From a virus (taxonomy: Duplodnaviria > Caudoviricetes), in IMG/VR virus record IMGVR_UViG_3300044723_005018, positions 1 through 42,608 of that record: 42,608 bases of DNA, one strand, 5' to 3'. Of this stretch, positions 8,748-18,409 are shown one piece after another (within the stretch, counting starts at the first letter, position 1; the number at the start of each line of letters is the position of its first letter). A program made the position numbers and the translations under genes. A model generated the notes under the pieces. The model was given only the letters and a program-made list of their open reading frames with translations. It did not search any database and was not told where the DNA came from.

Positions 8748-10529
8748 ATGGCAGATAAACAACTGAACAAAGGAAGACTGGGTCAATTCGGTCGTGATTT
8801 CATGCAATATGTTTCGTCGAAATTACCGTATACCAAAGACACGTTGATGCTCGACACCATTAATCAAGTCAATCCAACATACAAACATTTTTACAGCACC
8901 GGTACCCGTAGAGAAAATGTATTAGCAAAATATAGCGTATCAAAACCAACATCTGATGATCAATTCCCAGAAGGTTCAATTGCGATTGATAAAAACTATC
9001 ATCAGTTCATGTACTCGAACGTGGATGTTGACAAAGGTAGAAGGTTGTTAGATTATCGAGTGATGGGTGCATATGCAGAGGTGGCAGACGCGTTAGATGA
9101 AATATGTGACAGCGTGATTGTAGAGAATGACAAACAAGAAATAGCTACCATCAAATATAAGGACACTGACTTTAGCTCAACAATAAGAGCAGAGCTTGAT
9201 AAAGAATTTAAAAAAATAGTAGATTATTTCAATCTGGATGTGAAAGGCTGGGAGTATTTCCGTAGCTTGTTAATAGATGGTGAGATATTTTTCGAACATA
9301 TAATACATGAAGATCATACAGACGCAGGTATACTGGGTCTTGTCGAGGTACCAGCAGAGCTGGTTGACCCTATATATGACAATGTACAAAACATGTTGAT
9401 CAAAGGTTACTTACTACGTCAACCTGTTATAAACCCGAAAACCAATTCCGTTGAAGATTATAATTTTGTGCCATTTGACAAACATCAAATGTGCTATGTT
9501 CATAGCGGCTTGTGGAATGAAGATAAGACCATGAGACTTCCGTTCATCGAGAACTGCCGGAGAGCGTATAGACAGTTAACCATGATGGAAGACGCTGTTG
9601 TGGTGCACAGACTGGTGCGATCCCCGGAGCGATTAATGTTCAATGTTGATGTGGGTAATCTATCTCCACCAAAAGCAGAAGCGTATCTCAAAAAATTGAT
9701 GCACAATTATTTTAACAGAAAAACATTTGATAACAATCAAGGCGGTCGTATCAATGCGTTTGACCCTCAATCATATCTAGACAGCTACTGGTTCGCGAAA
9801 AGACAGGGAAGTGAAGGATCGACGGTTCAAAGTCTACAACAAAACTCTAGTTTTGATAATATCGAAGACCTAAACTATTTTGTCAAGAAACTCTACAAAT
9901 CATTACACATTCCAGTAGGTCGATTAGACACGGCATCAGTTTATGATGATGGTACGAACATGTTGAGAGAAGAGCTAAAATTTGCTAGAACGCTTATTCG
10001 CTTTCAACAAAAATTCGCAATGGCGTTGAAAGACACATTTGTTACACATTTAAAATTAACAAAATTGTGGGATGATTACAAGCTCAAGGAGCATCATTTC
10101 GATATAGAGTTCAACCCACCTACGAATTTTTACACACTCAGAGAATCTCAAATCATGGAATTGAAAGTGAATAATTTTACACAAATAGGAGGTAATGAGA
10201 GTGTTTCTCAAACATATGCCATGAAAAAATATTTGGACTGGTCTGATGAAGAGATCAAACAGAATCGTGAATGGCTCAGAAAAGACAGGCAATTGAACTG
10301 GGAACTTGCGCAAATAGAGCAATTTGGTCCAAACTGGCAAGAAGCATTACAAGCGCAAGCTGATCAGATGCAAGCCGGTATAGATGGTGGCATGGGAGGT
10401 GATCCGCTCATGGGAGGTGGTGGTATGGGATTACCTCCAATGGACGCCGGTGGTATAGAAGCACCACCTGATTTCGGTGGCCCGGCACCCGCTGCGGCTC
10501 CACCTCCGGATGCCGCTCCTCCCGCGTAG
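8748..10529 (+). CDS. gp20: portal vertex protein (T4 gp20-like)
   Basis: YRVM..EVADALDEI, MMEDAVVVHRLVRSPERLMFNVDVGNL, DSYWFAKRQG, KKLYKSLHIP, REELKF; Gly/Pro-rich tail. Confidence 0.95.
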   Translation: MADKQLNKGRLGQFGRDFMQYVSSKLPYTKDTLMLDTINQVNPTYKHFYSTGTRRENVLAKYSVSKPTSDDQFPEGSIAIDKNYHQFMYSNVDVDKGRRLLDYRVMGAYAEVADALDEICDSVIVENDKQEIATIKYKDTDFSSTIRAELDKEFKKIVDYFNLDVKGWEYFRSLLIDGEIFFEHIIHEDHTDAGILGLVEVPAELVDPIYDNVQNMLIKGYLLRQPVINPKTNSVEDYNFVPFDKHQMCYVHSGLWNEDKTMRLPFIENCRRAYRQLTMMEDAVVVHRLVRSPERLMFNVDVGNLSPPKAEAYLKKLMHNYFNRKTFDNNQGGRINAFDPQSYLDSYWFAKRQGSEGSTVQSLQQNSSFDNIEDLNYFVKKLYKSLHIPVGRLDTASVYDDGTNMLREELKFARTLIRFQQKFAMALKDTFVTHLKLTKLWDDYKLKEHHFDIEFNPPTNFYTLRESQIMELKVNNFTQIGGNESVSQTYAMKKYLDWSDEEIKQNREWLRKDRQLNWELAQIEQFGPNWQEALQAQADQMQAGIDGGMGGDPLMGGGGMGLPPMDAGGIEAPPDFGGPAPAAAPPPDAAPPA

Positions 10530-10534
10530 TATGA

Positions 10535-10541
10535 ATAAATA
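10535..10541 (+). promoter_or_regulatory. T4-type late promoter
   Basis: ATAAATA 5 nt before ATG 10547. Confidence 0.65.
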
Positions 10542-10546
10542 CTTTC

Positions 10547-11479
10547 ATGGGCCACATCTCAAATTCAATTCCAGCGTTACCAGAAAGTTATTTTTATAGT
10601 ACAAATTTAAACAATCGCGTAACATCTTTCGCAAAACTTGCGGAAAGAATAGCCATGACACTTGGTTATCCTCAAGTGAATATTGAGGCACATCAAAATC
10701 AGGTGATGGACAATATTTCCATTTCAATCGAGATGTTCACCAAGTATGCTGGTTATACAGAAGAATTTTTGGTGTTCAACAGCACCTTGTATGAGAAAGG
10801 CAGAGGGTTACCAATAGATGCTTTGTTCTCGAAAACACCGGAGATGCGAGAAACATACACCATGACACCCTCTGGTGTCGGTAATGATGCAACAACCGGT
10901 TCTGTCTCCGGAGGGCATGACCACGACCTAGAAGCCAACAGAAAAGTGATCGATGTGTTTTCATTTGAGCAAGGCAGCACCAGTGGTATTAATACATTGT
11001 TCACCATCGAGCAAACACTGGCTCAGCAAACATATTTTAGTTACGCACTCGGGAAATACGGTTTCGATCTTGTCAGTTGGTACACATTAAAAAACTGGCT
11101 TGACACCAGGAGCAAACTACTATCGCAACAACACTATTTTAAATTTGATGAAAGACTACAAAGACTTTTCTTAACACCAGAACCATCTAACGATAACAGC
11201 GCACACTTCTATGGTATTGTTGGCGCGTATGTTGAGAAGCCTTTACGTGATCTAGTCAGAGAGATATGGGTGTATCAATATGCTCTAGCATTGACCAAAA
11301 TAACGATAGCCAGGGTACGTGGTAAGTATGCCGGTACAGCTTTATTTGGTGGTGGTCAGCTGAATTATGGTGAACTGTTATCAGAAGGCATGCAAGAGAA
11401 ACAAACTCTTGAGACACAGCTGTATGAAGGTGCACCTGGTATTGGTGATGCTAATCCTCCAATGTTCTTTGTCGGGTAG
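10547..11479 (+). CDS. gp13: neck protein (T4 gp13-like)
   Basis: LGYPQVNIE...WVYQYALAL...GKYAG..LFGGGQLN...PPMFFVG C-terminus. Confidence 0.9.
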   Translation: MGHISNSIPALPESYFYSTNLNNRVTSFAKLAERIAMTLGYPQVNIEAHQNQVMDNISISIEMFTKYAGYTEEFLVFNSTLYEKGRGLPIDALFSKTPEMRETYTMTPSGVGNDATTGSVSGGHDHDLEANRKVIDVFSFEQGSTSGINTLFTIEQTLAQQTYFSYALGKYGFDLVSWYTLKNWLDTRSKLLSQQHYFKFDERLQRLFLTPEPSNDNSAHFYGIVGAYVEKPLRDLVREIWVYQYALALTKITIARVRGKYAGTALFGGGQLNYGELLSEGMQEKQTLETQLYEGAPGIGDANPPMFFVG

Positions 11480-11937
11480 TGAAAAAAACAAAATACTCAA
11501 AATACAAACAAGGTGTGTACAAACCAACAGCTGGTGGTAAATACAAAGGAGCAAAAAACCCACGCTATTTGAGCAGCTGGGAATTAAAATTCTTCCGGTG
11601 GTGCGATAACAACCCTAGAGTTGTTGAGTGGTCTAGTGAGTCAGTTATCATACCGTATATAAACCCTATTGATCAAAAAGCGCATCGATACATGGTAGAT
11701 AATCGAGTGGTTATAAAAGAGGGTAACAGCCTTGTAAAGTACTTAATAGAAATTAAACCGAGCAAACAAACGCGAAGACCCACAACGCACGGGAACAAAA
11801 AACAAAGCACCGTGTTGTATGAAAATATAGAGTATGTACGCAATCAAGCCAAATGGTCTGCCGCGCAAAAATGGTGTGATAAACACGGTTATAAATTTCA
11901 AATAATCACCGAGAAACATTTATTTGGTAACAAATAA
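11479..11937 (+). CDS. gp4: head completion nuclease (T4 gp4-like, TnsA endonuclease fold)
   Basis: YKG...YLSSWELKFFRWCDNNPRVVEWSSE...HRYMVD...IEIKP...NQAKWSAA...FQIITE. Confidence 0.92.
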   Translation: MKKTKYSKYKQGVYKPTAGGKYKGAKNPRYLSSWELKFFRWCDNNPRVVEWSSESVIIPYINPIDQKAHRYMVDNRVVIKEGNSLVKYLIEIKPSKQTRRPTTHGNKKQSTVLYENIEYVRNQAKWSAAQKWCDKHGYKFQIITEKHLFGNK

Positions 11938-11958
11938 GTAGAATATGCTCAAATCATA

Positions 11959-11965
11959 ATAAATA
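11959..11965 (+). promoter_or_regulatory. T4-type late promoter
   Basis: ATAAATA 8 nt before the gp21 ATG. Confidence 0.65.
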
Positions 11966-11973
11966 ATTTTAAT

Positions 11974-12651
11974 ATGAACACACCATTCAATTTACTTGTG
12001 GAGGAAACCAATTGTGATGATTTTGAGTATTTGATACAAGAAGAGAGCGCAACCAAGAAAAAAAGCATGTACATCAAAGGACCTTTCATGGTGTGCAACG
12101 AGACCAATCGCAACCAACGTCAGTATCCGTTAGAAGAAATGCAGCGTGAAGTCCGGCGATACAATGAAGAATGTATTAGTAAGAAACGAGCATTCGGAGA
12201 GCTGAACCACCCTACATCAGCGGATGTGAGTCTAGACAAAGCGTGTCACATTGTGACTAGGCTGAATTTCGAGGGTAATGTTGTGATGGGTGAAGCTAAA
12301 GTGTTATCCACGCCAGCTGGTATGATAGTCGAGTCTCTTATTAATGATGGTTGTTCATTAGGCGTGTCTAGTAGATCATTAGGTCAACTCGAAGAGAGCA
12401 ACGAAGGATTCAATGTTGTACGTGACATGAGATTGATCGCGATCGACTGTGTTGCGGATCCAAGCTATCCAAAAGCGTTTGTAAATGGCATACTTGAGAG
12501 CAAGAAATATGTATGCAACGCGGATGGTACATTTTGTGAATTGTATGATAATTTTGAGAAAAACATATCAACACTACCCAAAAATGATGTGGAAGTATAT
12601 TTAAAAGAACAAGTTTTAAAGTTCTTGACAGGTGTTAAGAATAAATATTGA
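11974..12651 (+). CDS. gp21: prohead core protease (T4 gp21-like)
   Basis: YIKGPF..NRNQRQYP, GELNHP, LGVSSRSLG, DCVADPS..AFVNGILE. Confidence 0.95.
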   Translation: MNTPFNLLVEETNCDDFEYLIQEESATKKKSMYIKGPFMVCNETNRNQRQYPLEEMQREVRRYNEECISKKRAFGELNHPTSADVSLDKACHIVTRLNFEGNVVMGEAKVLSTPAGMIVESLINDGCSLGVSSRSLGQLEESNEGFNVVRDMRLIAIDCVADPSYPKAFVNGILESKKYVCNADGTFCELYDNFEKNISTLPKNDVEVYLKEQVLKFLTGVKNKY

Positions 12652-12658
12652 TAGAGTC

Positions 12659-12826
12659 ATGAAAAGTAAGCGTATCACAAGAGAAAAAAATAACATTAAA
12701 AAATTTATACAATGTATAAATGAGAAAAATTATGCCGCCGCGGATAAATATTTAGAAGCGACTGTGCAAAGCAAGATGGCTGCGTACATGATGCAAGCAA
12801 AACAAAAAAGTATTTTTAAACAATGA
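12659..12826 (+). CDS. small prohead core protein (gp67/gp68-like)
   Basis: Lies between protease and scaffold; ATAAATA at 12641-12647 supports start 12659. Confidence 0.55.
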   Translation: MKSKRITREKNNIKKFIQCINEKNYAAADKYLEATVQSKMAAYMMQAKQKSIFKQ

Positions 12827-13752
12827 GCGATAAACCCACAATTACCACCGTATTAAAAGAAGCGACAGAAGGCATCTTGACGGAAGATGTTCTGTCCGAG
12901 ATAGAGTCTGTGTTCGAAGAGTCTGTCGAAGAGAGAGTCGCTCTACATGTCGAGAAAGCCCTAGCTGAGCAAGACGAAGATCATGCCGAGAAGCTAGAAA
13001 AACTGCTAGAAGCGATTGACGCAGACCACACGCAGAAGTTAAGACACTTGGTTGAGTCAATCAATCGTGATCATGCCTCTAAACTAGCAGCTGCCGCGAA
13101 AAAATTTAACAGCACACTCAACGAAGACGCTGGAACATTCAAAGAAGAGCTTGTGAACAATGTTAGCAATTATCTCGAGCTGTATATCGAGCGTGCCATA
13201 CCACAAGAGGATATCCGGAAAGCCATGAGAAACACATCAGCTGTGAAGATGTTATCACAATTGAGAGAAGCTTTAGCTGTTGACAATGCGTTGTCACAAA
13301 AATCGATCCGCGGAGCTGTTAAAGATGGTAAGAACAAGATCGACACACTAGGAACAGAATTGGCGCAATTGAACGAGCAAAAAGCACAGATGCAACAAGA
13401 GCTCATGAAAGCCAAGTCGGATTTGTTGCTGGAGAGAAAAACACAAGATCTACCTTCTAACAAGAGAAAGTATATGTACAAAGTGCTTGGTAACAAGACA
13501 CCTAAGTTCATTGAAGAAAATTTCGATTACACACTCAATCTATTGGAGAAAACAGAGCAAGACAGGTTGGCAGCTTACAAGCAAGAAGCTGAGCAAAGCA
13601 AGAGCAAGGTTGATCGCCCAACCAAACAAGTGATCGCAGAGCAAACCAAAAGTGAGCCAGGGCAACAAACTCCGGTGATTGAAGAATCGATTGAGCAAAC
13701 ATCTGACAATCCATTGTTAACAAATTACATGGAGGAGCTCAAACGCACCTAA
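12823..13752 (+). CDS. gp22: prohead core scaffolding protein (T4 gp22-like)
   Basis: Acidic coiled-coil, IESVFEESV, VSNYLE; immediately upstream of the major capsid gene. Confidence 0.85.
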   Translation: MSDKPTITTVLKEATEGILTEDVLSEIESVFEESVEERVALHVEKALAEQDEDHAEKLEKLLEAIDADHTQKLRHLVESINRDHASKLAAAAKKFNSTLNEDAGTFKEELVNNVSNYLELYIERAIPQEDIRKAMRNTSAVKMLSQLREALAVDNALSQKSIRGAVKDGKNKIDTLGTELAQLNEQKAQMQQELMKAKSDLLLERKTQDLPSNKRKYMYKVLGNKTPKFIEENFDYTLNLLEKTEQDRLAAYKQEAEQSKSKVDRPTKQVIAEQTKSEPGQQTPVIEESIEQTSDNPLLTNYMEELKRT

Positions 13753-13815
13753 TAAATTTTTTATATGTTGAGGTTTTTATAACCTGAGTCAAAGCAAACA
13801 AGGAGAAAACAAACT

Positions 13816-15285
13816 ATGTCAGTTAAACCCACACCCGCATACATCGACCGAGATCGCGCAAGCGCACTCTTGGAAAAATGGAACCCCGTGTTGGACTACA
13901 CTTCTGATAATGTAGCACCTATCGAGAATGATCACGATCGTCTAAACACCGCCATCCTCTTGGAAAACCAAGAAGCATGGTGCTTGCAAGAAGCGAACGT
14001 GGCTGGACAAGGCGGAGTTTTCGGAGGCGGAACCATTGGTACTGCCACCACAAACATCCCCCGTGCCTCAGATACTTACGCGCAAGGCGACACTCGTCTT
14101 CCTAAGATCCTCATTCCGATGATTCGTCGTACGTTTCCTGAGTTGATCACAAACGAAATCGTTGGTGTTCAGCCCATGAGCGGTCCTGTTGGTCTCGCAT
14201 TTGCTCTTCGCTACAAATACGAATCCGACGCCCTTGGTGGTGATCGCTCATGTTCTGATAGTGATAGCACATGTGATACAGATCCAGTCCGCGCAGCCGC
14301 CGACGGAAGAGAAGTTGGCTACAATTACCTAGACACACGTTTCACCGGAACCAGCTCTGCTGGATTGTCTGGTAACGACGACTTCGAATTCGGAGACGGA
14401 GATGACGGTGTCGCAAAACTTCTAGCGGACTTTGAACTCACGAGTAACATTCCTCAAATGGAAGTTTCTTTCGAGAAAACAGCTGTTGAAGCTGGAACAA
14501 GACGCTTAGGAGCTAAATGGAGTGTAGAGCTTGAACAAGATCTCAAGAACATGAACGGTATTGATATCGATACTGAATTAACAAACGCTATGTCGTATGA
14601 AATTCAGGCTGAAATCGACCGTGAGATGCTCATGAGAATGGTTCAAGTGGCCCTCAACGCAGGATCCGGTTCAGGTTATAGCACATGGCAACCCTCCACA
14701 GCTGATGGACGCTGGCTCGCAGAACGTAATCGCGATTTATACGCCAAGATCATCGTAGAAGCTAACCGTATTGCTATTCGTAACCGTCGTGGTGCAGCTA
14801 ACTTTTTAGTTGCTACACCCAAAGTTGCTGCTATCTTGGAAATGCTCCCTGAGTTTCAGTGGATGCAAGTTCAAGGCAACATCAACACACAACCGGTTGG
14901 AATAGCTCGTGTTGGTAATCTCGGTGGTCGTTTCAACGTATATCGTGACACACGTACTGAAGCTCAGTATCTTGGCAATGCTGGATCTGGAAATCCTGGA
15001 TACCAAAAACCTGGAATCGGAACATCTCGTTCGAACGAGTTGAACTACGTTCTTTTAGGTTACAAAGGACCAGAATTCTACGACACCGGCATTATCTACT
15101 GTCCATACATCCCTGTGATGGTTCAGAGAACAATTGGACCCAACGACTTCGCTCCTCGTGTTGGTATGCTTACCCGTTATGGTGTTGTTGACAACATCTT
15201 CGGTGCTGAGCTTTACTATCACGTGATTATAGTGAAGAATCTTGGTCAAACGTTCACCCCAGGCGCTAGCTCGAAATACTTCTAG
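13816..15285 (+). CDS. gp23: major capsid protein (T4 gp23-like)
   Basis: LLEKWNPVL, ILLENQE, MIRRTFP..IVGVQPMSGPVGLAFALR, ELEQDLK, EIDRE, YCPYIP, TRYG; AGGAG RBS. Confidence 0.97.
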   Translation: MSVKPTPAYIDRDRASALLEKWNPVLDYTSDNVAPIENDHDRLNTAILLENQEAWCLQEANVAGQGGVFGGGTIGTATTNIPRASDTYAQGDTRLPKILIPMIRRTFPELITNEIVGVQPMSGPVGLAFALRYKYESDALGGDRSCSDSDSTCDTDPVRAAADGREVGYNYLDTRFTGTSSAGLSGNDDFEFGDGDDGVAKLLADFELTSNIPQMEVSFEKTAVEAGTRRLGAKWSVELEQDLKNMNGIDIDTELTNAMSYEIQAEIDREMLMRMVQVALNAGSGSGYSTWQPSTADGRWLAERNRDLYAKIIVEANRIAIRNRRGAANFLVATPKVAAILEMLPEFQWMQVQGNINTQPVGIARVGNLGGRFNVYRDTRTEAQYLGNAGSGNPGYQKPGIGTSRSNELNYVLLGYKGPEFYDTGIIYCPYIPVMVQRTIGPNDFAPRVGMLTRYGVVDNIFGAELYYHVIIVKNLGQTFTPGASSKYF

Positions 15286-15339
15286 TATTCAGGACTCAGA
15301 GCCGGTGAAATGATACACCCGGCGATAAAAACAATTTTT

Positions 15340-15377
15340 CGACTCTTACAGGTGATGCTGAAGAGTCGTTTTTTTTT
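15340..15377 (+). terminator. rho-independent terminator after gp23
   Basis: CGACTCTT...AAGAGTCG stem followed by T9. Confidence 0.85.
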
Positions 15378-15400
15378 GTCTGTATTTAATACAAGCATGA

Positions 15401-15407
15401 ATAAATA
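15401..15407 (+). promoter_or_regulatory. T4-type late promoter
   Basis: ATAAATA 7 nt before ATG 15415. Confidence 0.6.
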
Positions 15408-15414
15408 ATTATAC

Positions 15415-16074
15415 ATGAGCGACAGATTATACAAAGAGATAAAAACAGAAACAGCACCGACTGGAAGCTTCACTGCTGGTAAGTTCGCGGAATACAAGGG
15501 TACATTATCAGCGAATCCCAGTGTTGGTGGTAGTGTTAGTATCACGTGGAACGGCAAGACATACACATTTGAATTTAGTGATCAGAAACTTGATAGTGTG
15601 TGGTATAAGAAATTCGCCGCGAAACCTAACATGAAGAAAGTGTACATCAGTGACACTAAAGAAGAAACTATGAAAAATTTACATGCAGCCATAGGCAATT
15701 ATGATTCTATAATGCATGCCGGACCGGACCACGCGTTCTCAGCTGCTGAAGAGGATGGAATATTGACGTTGTATAGCCACGTTAAATTGGCACAGAGTTT
15801 CACTGTTAATGGTTTATCTGTCTCTGCTAACACCAGCGGAGTGGTGCCATCATCATACAGCACAGATGAGATGTATACTGGTATATCAATACCGGGTGGT
15901 GGAGCCGCCACTGTGACTGTGGACCTACTCATGAGAAAGCCATCTGCGGAGAGTTACAACGTTGGACCACCAGTAAATGGTTTACAAGTAGTATCTAGCG
16001 TCACCGTTCCGGCTGATCAAATATTACCTATAGAAACATTCGGGTGCAGCGATGCATGCACCGTGTATAGATAA
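15415..16074 (+). CDS. late hypothetical protein, possible capsid decoration/structural protein
   Basis: Late motif upstream, Ser/Thr/Gly-rich beta-type sequence, follows gp23. Confidence 0.55.
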   Translation: MSDRLYKEIKTETAPTGSFTAGKFAEYKGTLSANPSVGGSVSITWNGKTYTFEFSDQKLDSVWYKKFAAKPNMKKVYISDTKEETMKNLHAAIGNYDSIMHAGPDHAFSAAEEDGILTLYSHVKLAQSFTVNGLSVSANTSGVVPSSYSTDEMYTGISIPGGGAATVTVDLLMRKPSAESYNVGPPVNGLQVVSSVTVPADQILPIETFGCSDACTVYR

Positions 16075-16084
16075 TTTTTTTTTG

Positions 16085-16113
16085 TTGAAAACATAGTGTG
16101 AAGGTGTTATAAT
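16085..16113 (+). promoter_or_regulatory. sigma70-type promoter, leaderless transcript, heads the DNA-modification cassette
   Basis: TTGAAA-N17-TATAAT with TGn; 6 nt to ATG 16120. Confidence 0.8.
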
Positions 16114-16119
16114 ACCTTT

Positions 16120-16920
16120 ATGCGAATAGAAACTTCTCACGAGAGCCCCATTTCGATCCTTGATGATAGTCTGAAATACAATGATTACTGTTACGCGCTG
16201 GTTCATCTGTTTGAAACACACGAGCAATACTACGATTTTTTTGTCAAGGCTAAAAATTTAAACAAAGAAATATATTTAGATAATAGTATTTTTGAACTAG
16301 GAGAGAGTTTTGAACCGGAAAAATATGCTACCTGGATTGAGAAATTACAGCCTAATGTTTATATTGTGCCTGATGTACTAGAGAATGCAGAAGAAACTGT
16401 CAACTCCTGGATACAGTGGGAATCGAACCACAAAGATATCAAAGGAAAACGCATGGGTGTTGTGCAAGGCAAAACATGGATGCAACTAGTCGAGTGCTAC
16501 AAGTTCATGAAACAAGCAGCAGACATGATCGCGATCAGTTTCGATTATAGTTATTACAATGGCACAGGGTATGGTAGCACGCAGCTAGAGAGCTACTGCT
16601 CCGGTAGACAACGTTTCATCAATCACTTGATCCAAGAAGGTCATTGGTGCTGGGACAAGCCTCATCATTTGCTCGGTTGTAGTCTGGCTAGAGAGTTTAG
16701 ATGGTATGTGGATAACAATGTTTATAATATAAAGAGCGTAGATACATCCAATCCTGTAGTAGCTGCCATGCATGATTTAAAATACAATGATGAATATGGT
16801 TTAGATGAAAAACCATCCACTCTACTCGCGGACATGATCGAACACGATATTACTGATGATGAACATGAGCTGGTTATGTACAACACCTCCATGTTCAAAA
16901 AGATTTTGCGACGATATTGA
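16120..16920 (+). CDS. dpdA: tRNA-guanine transglycosylase-fold protein, DpdA(3)-like 7-deazaguanine insertion enzyme
   Basis: YLDNSIFE, VPDVL, MGVVQG, HHLLG, SVDTS motifs of the TGT/DpdA barrel; clustered with queF. Confidence 0.7.
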   Translation: MRIETSHESPISILDDSLKYNDYCYALVHLFETHEQYYDFFVKAKNLNKEIYLDNSIFELGESFEPEKYATWIEKLQPNVYIVPDVLENAEETVNSWIQWESNHKDIKGKRMGVVQGKTWMQLVECYKFMKQAADMIAISFDYSYYNGTGYGSTQLESYCSGRQRFINHLIQEGHWCWDKPHHLLGCSLAREFRWYVDNNVYNIKSVDTSNPVVAAMHDLKYNDEYGLDEKPSTLLADMIEHDITDDEHELVMYNTSMFKKILRRY

Positions 16921-17441
16921 TGAAATGGATCGCCATGTTCAGCCACACTGGTGCGGAGATCGCCGGTCTGAGTAAATCTATAGGTTTAAGGCCGGATAAA
17001 ATAATTTGTAACCAGGGCAAGAGCTCGACACAAGTACCGCAACCTGTACCAATAACCCATGTACAACACAAGCCAGATATCGATACATATCATGAGTTAT
17101 TATCAACCGATGCAATAATAACCATGCACGGGTGGATGAGAATCGTACCTGGTGAGATATGTAACCAATACAATATATACAATCTCCACCCCGGGCTGAT
17201 AACCAAATACCCTGAACTCAAAGGCAAAGACCCTCAACAGCGCGCGTTCAATATGAACATGCCAGAAGCAGGTTGTGTGTTGCATCGAGCTGTCGCTCAA
17301 GTCGATAGTGGAGGTATTGTGGATGCACGATCTATTAACAACAGATATAAAAATGTTGATGATTTGACACAAGCTCTTAAGCGGTTGGCTCATGACATGT
17401 GGGTATCTTTCTTCGCACATCGATTACAACAATATGACTGA
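16917..17441 (+). CDS. dpdN: PurN-like formyltransferase (DpdN-like preQ1 formyltransferase)
   Basis: AMFSHTG, HGWMRIV, YNLHPGL, GCVLH, VDSG GART motifs; coupled to the dpdA-like gene. Confidence 0.75.
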   Translation: MMKWIAMFSHTGAEIAGLSKSIGLRPDKIICNQGKSSTQVPQPVPITHVQHKPDIDTYHELLSTDAIITMHGWMRIVPGEICNQYNIYNLHPGLITKYPELKGKDPQQRAFNMNMPEAGCVLHRAVAQVDSGGIVDARSINNRYKNVDDLTQALKRLAHDMWVSFFAHRLQQYD

Positions 17442-17799
17442 TAATAGACAATTTGACACCGGTGCTCAGCGAGACACAGGTGAAGGCAAATTACGCATGA
17501 GCTTGGTACCACAGCAAGAACTCAAGCGTGTGATGAAAAGATATCTAGATGGTGCGGAAAAATATGGTGAGAACAATTGGATGAAGGGCATGCCATTGAG
17601 TGTATATTACGATTGCGCGCATCGACATCTTGAAGCGTGGTGGCGAGGTGAAAATGAAGAAGACCATGCGGCTGCAGTTGTATGGAACATGCTATGTGCG
17701 ATGTGGACAGAAACAAAAATCGTTAATTGTGTACCAAACACAGATGAACATTTAAAATGGGATGATCTATATGATAAACACAAATACCCGAAAGATTAG
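17434..17799 (+). CDS. dATP/dGTP diphosphohydrolase (DUF5664)
   Basis: FDTGAQRD..GKLRMSLVP, GAEKYGENNWMKG, HRHL, EDHAAAVVWN. Confidence 0.85.
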   Translation: MTDNRQFDTGAQRDTGEGKLRMSLVPQQELKRVMKRYLDGAEKYGENNWMKGMPLSVYYDCAHRHLEAWWRGENEEDHAAAVVWNMLCAMWTETKIVNCVPNTDEHLKWDDLYDKHKYPKD

Positions 17800-17828
17800 T
17801 GGATAATATTTTTTGAGCATAATATAAT
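17800..17828 (+). promoter_or_regulatory. internal sigma70-type promoter
   Basis: TGGATA-N17-TATAAT, 8 nt before ATG 17837. Confidence 0.5.
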
Positions 17829-17836
17829 ATATTAAT

Positions 17837-18409
17837 ATGTTGGTAGGATTCACAGGACCTCAATGCTCTGGTAAGAGCACATTACTCATGAAAATGTTAC
17901 ATAGTAACTTGTTTAGAAAGTGTTCGTTTGTAAAAGAAGTTACAAGAAAAGTAGCTTCCTATGGTTATGAAATAAATGATAATGGTGATAATACTACACA
18001 ACTATTCATACTGAATGAACATTTGCATAATCACCACATGTCAGGCTGTGTGGTATTGGATAGATGCATTATAGATGGTGTTGTTTACACGGAATGGTTA
18101 CACAAACAAGGTAAAGTATGTAAATGGGTGTTAGATTACGCATACAGTTTACATCATATGTTAATATCTAAATTGGATATTATATTGTATCCGGATCCTG
18201 AGGAGATTGAATTGGTAGGTGACGAGCATCGTAGTACTGATGTTAATTTTAGGGATGATATTATATCTTTGTATAAACAATACTTTGAACATTATCCTGA
18301 GGTGAAAGAGAAAACAGTCGTGATACGAGGTAGTGTGGATGAAAGATTTAAACAAATACAAAAACAATTAAAGAAATATGACAAAACTAGACAACTCACA
18401 GATCAGTAA
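17837..18409 (+). CDS. P-loop nucleoside monophosphate kinase (thymidylate-kinase/AAA_28-like)
   Basis: Walker A GPQCSGKST; LDRCIID motif; lid Arg segment. Confidence 0.8.
   Translation: MLVGFTGPQCSGKSTLLMKMLHSNLFRKCSFVKEVTRKVASYGYEINDNGDNTTQLFILNEHLHNHHMSGCVVLDRCIIDGVVYTEWLHKQGKVCKWVLDYAYSLHHMLISKLDIILYPDPEEIELVGDEHRSTDVNFRDDIISLYKQYFEHYPEVKEKTVVIRGSVDERFKQIQKQLKKYDKTRQLTDQ

Noticed and set aside
11479-11937. Tn7 TnsA transposase / mobile element
   Set aside because: The TnsA-like fold is the normal T4 gp4 head-completion protein in a virion module
16917-17441. Auxiliary purine biosynthesis gene purN
   Set aside because: No other pur genes in the window; coupling to the TGT-like gene and proximity to queF favour a DpdN role (not proven)
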